Source of the DNA: a virus
DNA: 64,000 nt
Direction: 5' to 3' (one strand)
Virus record (IMG/VR): IMGVR_UViG_3300000553_000012
Location: 1 to 64,000 of that record
Part shown: positions 58,728 through 64,000 of the stretch, in pieces
How the letters are laid out: every line of letters starts with the position of its first letter
Numbering within the stretch: position 1 is the stretch's first letter
Made by a program: the position numbers and the translations under genes
Notes under the pieces: generated by a model
Seen by the model: the letters and a program-made list of their open reading frames with translations, nothing else
Database searches by the model: none
Told to the model about the DNA's origin: nothing

Positions 58728-59875
58728 TAGACTTTAGCTCCTAGTGTCTTTGATGCTCTAAGTACCGCTGAGCGGGCCCTATTTGCTGCCGAAAATCCCT
58801 TGCGATCTACAATCTTTAAACCACCCGCGACAAATCCTTCTGGGCCAGTTTCTTCTCCGTTAATCGCATGGCCATATCCACCATGGGCAGTCTTTGCTAA
58901 TGCTTTAGAAAGCAAATTGGTTGCTTCTTGAACATGACCATGGATTTTAAATGATTTGTCAAATGCCTTTTTATTTTTATTTACATGTGCTAAAGCAGCA
59001 TCTCTTTCAGCGGCTTTGACATCTTTTGTTTTTTGTGTTTTTACAGAATCGATTCGTTTTTGATGATGCTTATTTAAATGATTAATATATCCTTCAGTTG
59101 TTGGAGTTTCTCCACTAGTAACAGTAGAATTGATATATGATCTAAGAGTATCTTCGTGTCCTACATGATGATCATGAGTATGATTATTCATGAGTTTTTG
59201 AGCCTGATTCAAATGATTTAAAACCCGGCGTTTCATTACAGGATCAATATTATGCTGTTCATCATGAGATACTAGATGACTTACAAGATGAACATCAGGA
59301 TGCTCTCCAAACTCAGAAAGGTCCGTAACAGGATGAGCTTCCCTGTTCGGACCCGTAAGTTCTGAATGAATAACCGTACTGACTTTAGATTGTTGAAGTT
59401 TCTTACCCTCTTTGGTGTTAGTCGGTACAGAATATTCAATTGTATTTGGTGTATGACTTATTCTTCCATTAGAGATAGTCCTTGTAGATGGATCGCTCAT
59501 ATATCCGCCTTGCCATTCTCCTTCACGTTTAGGAAGAACTTTAGGAAGATGCTCTAGAAGAAGTTTTAATGGGTGTGCTAAGTAAGGTTTATGACCATGT
59601 TGTTTATCAATGTCTTCTGGACTAAAATTGTATTGAGCACCAGCGCCCTTATACTTTACACCAACTCTGCCATCTTTATCTCGCATGACTTGATAAGACA
59701 GCTTATCATCAATTTTACGCGAAATAGGAGTAGAACTTTCGGTTGCACCCTTAAGAGTATCTATAGCATGTTGAGCAGCATCGTGGCCATCAAATGTTCT
59801 ATCGGCCGGGTGTTCAATATGCTGTATGCCACCTGCGGGTGATCCTTCAATCAAAAAAAACTTGAATGTAAGCAT
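58727..59875 (-). CDS. DUF6267-like protein with ATP-dependent ligase-type motifs
   Basis: HIEHP-D, KIDD (KxDG-like), PNTI-Y, PEGFV, KIVDR--FS-AN; starts MLTFKFFLIE. Confidence 0.75.
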   Translation of the reverse strand: MLTFKFFLIEGSPAGGIQHIEHPADRTFDGHDAAQHAIDTLKGATESSTPISRKIDDKLSYQVMRDKDGRVGVKYKGAGAQYNFSPEDIDKQHGHKPYLAHPLKLLLEHLPKVLPKREGEWQGGYMSDPSTRTISNGRISHTPNTIEYSVPTNTKEGKKLQQSKVSTVIHSELTGPNREAHPVTDLSEFGEHPDVHLVSHLVSHDEQHNIDPVMKRRVLNHLNQAQKLMNNHTHDHHVGHEDTLRSYINSTVTSGETPTTEGYINHLNKHHQKRIDSVKTQKTKDVKAAERDAALAHVNKNKKAFDKSFKIHGHVQEATNLLSKALAKTAHGGYGHAINGEETGPEGFVAGGLKIVDRKGFSAANRARSAVLRASKTLGAKV

Positions 59876-59879
59876 GATT

Positions 59880-59910
59880 ATACCTTATTTAAGAATATAA
59901 GGTATTTATA
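59880..59910 (-). promoter_or_regulatory. Late promoter TATAAATA overlapping an RBS-sequestering hairpin
   Basis: ATACCTTAT-N8-ATAAGGTAT stem covers the AAGGT Shine-Dalgarno of 59875. Confidence 0.7.
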
Positions 59911-60447
59911 TTATAACCAATCTGGCTTTTCTCTTTTTTTCCAAGCATGAAGATGAATTTTTGCTCGTTTATAATATTGGCGATAATTTTCTATTGGATT
60001 ATCGCTGATAATATATTCTGGTGCCATAGCAGAAGGTGGAATAGTAAAGTCCCAATCTTTTAGATTATACGGTGGTGATTGTAAATGAAATCCTAATCCA
60101 CTAGATTTGACTTTATGAATTTTTTCATATCGATATTGATATTCATCCATAAGGGCAAACATATGATCTACAAGCCAAGAATAATTTTCAATCGATCGCC
60201 GACACCAAACGGCACTAGGATGATTGGTGTGTGTGGCCGAGTACATAATGTTTTCACGGGCATCATTTAATCTCCACCGCTTAACTTTACGTCCAGTCTG
60301 TGTTTGATCAACATATTGTTCACCATCAAGAACACGGTGTGCTGTTGACAATAATTGCGCCGACTCAAGAATCATTTTTACACAATGTTTATCAACTAGA
60401 CACTGTGCGGCAATATTAGGATTAGAATCTACATAAAAAATATTCAT
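59911..60447 (-). CDS. Pyrimidine-dimer DNA glycosylase / DenV-like protein
   Basis: MNIF--D--P--AA----DKH-VKMILE-AQLLSTAH, TH-NHPS-VW-R, YR-YY---K. Confidence 0.85.
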   Translation of the reverse strand: MNIFYVDSNPNIAAQCLVDKHCVKMILESAQLLSTAHRVLDGEQYVDQTQTGRKVKRWRLNDARENIMYSATHTNHPSAVWCRRSIENYSWLVDHMFALMDEYQYRYEKIHKVKSSGLGFHLQSPPYNLKDWDFTIPPSAMAPEYIISDNPIENYRQYYKRAKIHLHAWKKREKPDWL

Positions 60448-60467
60448 AATTTATCTATTTGGATTAA

Positions 60468-60755
60468 TTAATCGTCATAATTAATTACATTAACAAATTG
60501 CCACTTTTTTTCGGTTGTCCAATCTTTAAGATACTCATTATCTCTATCAAAAAGTTTTAGATATTCATCATCAGCAATTTCACGAGAAGATGTAATCGTT
60601 TCTCCAATATGATATTGTGAAAATTCTTTAAAATTTTCATTATAATCGCCCAATATATTCATTGTAACTTCATCAAGAGCATGTTCTTCTTCTTTTGCTT
60701 CTATGACATATCGCTCACGAAACATAGAAATTGTTTCCACCAAATATCGCGGCAT
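60468..60755 (-). CDS. Conserved hypothetical protein
   Basis: LVETISMFR-RYV...A-D-VT...EFSQ--IGE-I. Confidence 0.75.
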   Translation of the reverse strand: MPRYLVETISMFRERYVIEAKEEEHALDEVTMNILGDYNENFKEFSQYHIGETITSSREIADDEYLKLFDRDNEYLKDWTTEKKWQFVNVINYDD

Positions 60756-60837
60756 AATTTATCTCCTAAAAAAATTTTTAAATATAATAAACAATATTAC
60801 AAAAGATACTAAAAATACTGTAATGTGTGGTTCAATA

Positions 60838-61200
60838 TTAAGATTCGTTCTTTGTATATCCATTACTCTTAGCCCATAAATGTAAATCTTTTGAGGTATA
60901 AATTGCATTATGAAGTTCCATATATCCACAATCCATACCAATACCATATGACTCGGGTCCAAAATTAAATACATCATATAACACCCAACGATATGTTCCA
61001 TGATCTTTTAATTCACCCTGAACCAATCGCTTAATTACAGAATAAAATGCTTTAAGCTGATCATCATAAGATAAATTTTCCCAGAATTCATTGTTGGCTT
61101 TTTCTTCCTCAAGTGTTGCTTTTTTGATATTTTCAGTAAGTTCTTTATATTCTGGGCTACTAAAAAAATCTTTCATACTGGTTTTGTTTTCTTCAGACAC
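60838..61200 (-). CDS. Conserved hypothetical protein
   Basis: W--LS---QL-AF---KR----EL---GTYR-VLYDVF-FG---Y--G--CGY--LHN. Confidence 0.75.
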   Translation of the reverse strand: MSEENKTSMKDFFSSPEYKELTENIKKATLEEEKANNEFWENLSYDDQLKAFYSVIKRLVQGELKDHGTYRWVLYDVFNFGPESYGIGMDCGYMELHNAIYTSKDLHLWAKSNGYTKNES

Positions 61201-61465
61201 GGGATTTCTTTCTTTTAGATTTAACTTTAGCTTGTTCTTCTTCGGCTCTTTGATATTTTTTTTCTAATTCTTCAGCCACTCTTTTTTTAATAGCACCCAT
61301 TATATCATCTTTATTATATTCTAACACATAAATCCACATATGTTTTTTTTCATCATATATTGGATTTTCTAATATTGGCCAACCTAATGCATCTCTACAC
61401 CATCTACAATGAATAAATGCTCCAGTTTTTGTATATGCTGAAAATGTAGATTTTACCAAATTCAT
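61193..61465 (-). CDS. Hypothetical protein
   Basis: Overlapping start/stop within the early operon. Confidence 0.6.
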   Translation of the reverse strand: MNLVKSTFSAYTKTGAFIHCRWCRDALGWPILENPIYDEKKHMWIYVLEYNKDDIMGAIKKRVAEELEKKYQRAEEEQAKVKSKRKKSRV

Positions 61466-61869
61466 AGATAATCATATCCTTCTTCATCAAGAGAATAACA
61501 TACATTTTTAATGTTAAACGTAGCTATTGCCCTTTGGCAACCTACACACGGCTTTGCTAATCCCGATATAAGACGTCGTTTTTTCTCGTTTTCCCACTTA
61601 ATTCGATATACATACAACGTCGATTTCGATACGATTTCGGCGTCATATTTACGAATTGCATTATAAATTGCATCGGTTTCTGCATGAAGAAAAATGGCAT
61701 CAGAATTTGTGCCATATTTTTTTTGAAAAGGATGAGACTTGTTTTTGTTGGTTCCAATTGAGATAATGTCATTTTTATAAACTAAACCGGCGGCTAGCCG
61801 GGCCCTCGCAAAAGGTTCAACTGATTCCGCAACTTTCGAAAGTGCGTTCATTATATCTGTATCGTTCAT
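61462..61869 (-). CDS. Zinc-dependent cytidine/dCMP deaminase-family protein
   Basis: LHAE...AKPCVGC motifs. Confidence 0.88.
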   Translation of the reverse strand: MNDTDIMNALSKVAESVEPFARARLAAGLVYKNDIISIGTNKNKSHPFQKKYGTNSDAIFLHAETDAIYNAIRKYDAEIVSKSTLYVYRIKWENEKKRRLISGLAKPCVGCQRAIATFNIKNVCYSLDEEGYDYL

Positions 61870-62010
61870 TTAGATTCAAAATCCATCCTTTAGTCGGGTC
61901 AAAATATGTTACATAATCATCATATCTACAAGATGATAAAAAATCAACCATTTCTTTTTGTTGTTCAAATTTTACTTCATATTGCATTTTGTACTCCTAT
62001 TCATAATCTC

Positions 62011-62039
62011 ATTATATTATATTTTAATATAAATGTCAA
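62011..62039 (-). promoter_or_regulatory. Consensus sigma70 promoter TTGACA-N17-TATAAT
   Basis: -35 at 62039-62034, -10 at 62016-62011; AGGAG RBS downstream. Confidence 0.85.
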
Positions 62040-62494
62040 CTAGGATACCATGTTCCGGCAAAAAGTTTATTTTGATCGGACACAGGAATAAATTGAATAT
62101 GATCCATATCTCTAAATGTGTGAGGCTTATTTGGTTCTCCCCAATCACCTCCCCATATTAAACCTTGATTTTTTGCTAACTTACCGAGAAATGAAAAGTC
62201 ACCAAAAAAGGAAGGTTCGCCATTGACTTTTTTTACAATATCAACAGCCAACCCGTAATGATGTACACCAACAGTTTTTAATTGTGTGGCTTTTGCCTCA
62301 TATAACTGAAGTTGTCTTTCACTGCTTCTAAAAGTTTCTAAAACCATAAGAGGCGCTTCATTCTTTTCAGATTCAATAAGCAATGCCTCTATTTTTGTTC
62401 TAAATGCAGGAAACAACATATTAAGATCATTGACTCTATTTGTAGTATGAAATAAAGGACTTTTTTGAATTACATCTATATAAAAATTACTCAT
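62036..62494 (-). CDS. Endolysin, M15 L-Ala-D-Glu peptidase family
   Basis: ETFRS-ERQ--LY, H-YGLAVD, WGGDW, D--HIQ. Confidence 0.88.
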   Translation of the reverse strand: MSNFYIDVIQKSPLFHTTNRVNDLNMLFPAFRTKIEALLIESEKNEAPLMVLETFRSSERQLQLYEAKATQLKTVGVHHYGLAVDIVKKVNGEPSFFGDFSFLGKLAKNQGLIWGGDWGEPNKPHTFRDMDHIQFIPVSDQNKLFAGTWYPS

Positions 62495-62665
62495 TAATTA
62501 CTCCATTAATATTTTTTATAATAAAGATGTCTAGGACCGGCTTCTCCAAATAAGCATTTAGATAAAAAAAGAGCATCTTTTAGAGTCGTAGAGTTTAATT
62601 CTAACATCTCTATTTTTTTATTATTAGGATTAACATATGCTATCATATATTTTTTTACGTATTTC

Positions 62666-63358
62666 TCAGATTGTTCTTCCATTGCGTTTTAATCCATGAT
62701 AGTCATAATAACTATTAATGATATTTATTGCTTTATCAATCCACCTATCACGCTTTTGCTGAAAAAATTGAGGACTATCATTGTCTACAGCTATTAAAAC
62801 GCCAAGATTAGTTATAGGATTGCCTGTACATTCTTCATACATAACTGCATAACACGCGGTTTGCATAAAATACCCATCAATCCATTCTATTTTTTTTGGA
62901 CGATTGGACGTTTTCCAATCTAAAATAAATCGCTTATTTCTAAACTTAGCTACACAATCTACCGTTCCCGCTACTCCAAGATGTTTTGAAAATAAAGGAA
63001 CTTCTATTCCATAAACTTCTTCAATATCATCTAAATATTCTTTAACAGAAGTAAAAAGATCAATTGTTCCTATATCTAATGATTTAAAATCAATTTGCTT
63101 ATTATTAAGATAATCTTCAATTATAGAATGAAGCTTTGTTCCTCGATTTGCCGCTTTAGTTGAAATTCTATTGGCTTCTTCTTCACCAACTCTTTTACGC
63201 CATTCTATTAAACCTTCTTTTTTTTCCCAACCAAGAACGGTAGTAACACTGGGCGCTTTAGTTCCATCAGGAAGAACATAAAAGCGCCCAGCATCAGTAT
63301 CTTCTCTATTGAGCAAAAGCGGGGTGTAAAGGTTGTGCGCGAATTGTTTTTGATTCAT
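62666..63358 (-). CDS. PD-(D/E)xK (Cas4-like) exonuclease
   Basis: R-Y--PDG---PSVTTVL, RGT--H, AG-VDC, ILDWKTS, YF-Q---YA-M-EE. Confidence 0.9.
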   Translation of the reverse strand: MNQKQFAHNLYTPLLLNREDTDAGRFYVLPDGTKAPSVTTVLGWEKKEGLIEWRKRVGEEEANRISTKAANRGTKLHSIIEDYLNNKQIDFKSLDIGTIDLFTSVKEYLDDIEEVYGIEVPLFSKHLGVAGTVDCVAKFRNKRFILDWKTSNRPKKIEWIDGYFMQTACYAVMYEECTGNPITNLGVLIAVDNDSPQFFQQKRDRWIDKAINIINSYYDYHGLKRNGRTI

Positions 63359-64000
63359 ATTGTTCTTTTCTAATAATATATTCTTTTATCATTTTACTTC
63401 GGACTATGTCCTCAATATCAAATTCAACTATTCCAAAACTATTCATTCCCGAAAGAATTTTTACAAATTTATAAAATCCACTTTCTTCTCTTCGAAGGTC
63501 ATTTTGATTGCAATCGCCGGAAAAAATAATTTTACAGTTTTCTCCAACTCGTGTAATCACTGAATGAAGCTCTTCAAAATTCATATTTTGAAATTCATCT
63601 ACTATAACTATACAATCTTTTAATGTAATTCCTCTAACAAAAGAAGAAGTCATAAACTCTATGACGCCTTTTCTTTTGAGTAATTCATATGCATCTCCAC
63701 GCCCTAAAAGCTCGGTGCATATTGAATAATACGGTGATTCATATACTAAGGCTTTTTCTCTAGCACTCCCGGGTAAAAATCCCATATCTCTGGTTGGGAC
63801 TACCGATCTAACAATGACTACTTTATTGTATTCTGATTGTTTTGATAATAATTCTTCAAGTGCAAGATAAAGCGCACAAAACGTTTTACCCGTACCTGCT
63901 GTTCCATATAATAACAAATTTTTATCATCATCATATAAATCAAAGGTTCGTCTTTGATTTTCTGTTATTGGTGTTATTCTGGCTAATTTCAAATTGTTTT
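63306..64000 (-). CDS. phoH: PhoH-family ATPase (5' end may extend beyond window)
   Basis: G-AGTGKT Walker A, GFLPG, RG-TL, IVDE-QN, GD--Q-DL, DIVRS. Confidence 0.93.
   Translation of the reverse strand, partial: NNLKLARITPITENQRRTFDLYDDDKNLLLYGTAGTGKTFCALYLALEELLSKQSEYNKVVIVRSVVPTRDMGFLPGSAREKALVYESPYYSICTELLGRGDAYELLKRKGVIEFMTSSFVRGITLKDCIVIVDEFQNMNFEELHSVITRVGENCKIIFSGDCNQNDLRREESGFYKFVKILSGMNSFGIVEFDIEDIVRSKMIKEYIIRKEQYESKTIRAQPLHPAFAQ

Noticed and set aside
62666-63358. Cas4 as part of a CRISPR-Cas system
   Set aside because: Standard phage PD-(D/E)xK exonuclease next to phoH; no cas genes or array.
531-63563. Many antisense or nested ORFs in the track (e.g. 531..761, 13221..13562, 26342..26884, 27218..27727, 48919..49281, 54256..54648)
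   Set aside because: Shadows of real genes on the opposite strand or frame, without RBS or recognisable motifs.
1-64000. Stop-codon reassignment
   Set aside because: Core genes are full length under the standard code, and TAA, TAG and TGA all end genes at expected positions.

Overview
A 64 kb segment of a large, AT-rich (roughly 30% GC by eye) T4-like myophage genome, most likely infecting an alphaproteobacterium; the host inference rests on a two-piece, circularly permuted tmRNA with tag ANDNGIMETRLAA. From left to right: (1) a GC-rich ~1.1 kb patch of signal-peptide genes joined mid-gene to the AT-rich genome; (2) the minus-strand baseplate/tail block (VrlC/DUF4815-like proteins, gp8, gp7, gp6, gp25, gp5, hub, gp53, gp48); (3) a plus-strand block (gp4, gp2, gp54-like, gp26/gp51, two paralogous tape-measure-like proteins carrying a lysozyme and an M15 peptidase domain, a holin-like gene); (4) replication and nucleotide genes (gp32, gp59, gp33, nrdAB, thyX, gp61) interleaved with the tmRNA, several pseudoknotted non-coding elements and two outer-membrane beta-barrel genes; (5) spanins; (6) a late cluster of proteins with T4 capsid-targeting-like motifs, including an SOD, a ligase-fold protein and a nuclease-fold/HxGH nucleotidyltransferase fusion, beside a Dps gene; (7) early genes, an M15 endolysin, an exonuclease and PhoH. 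The most notable signals not captured by the ORF track are a probable -1 frameshift fusing gp26 to gp51, an unannotated ~250-nt promoter-driven double-pseudoknot RNA, a pseudoknotted element 3' of gp32, an ATA start codon for gp2, a putative set of virion-packaged enzymes, and dense N-X-S/T sequons in structural proteins. All assignments come from motif recognition and gene order, not database searches.
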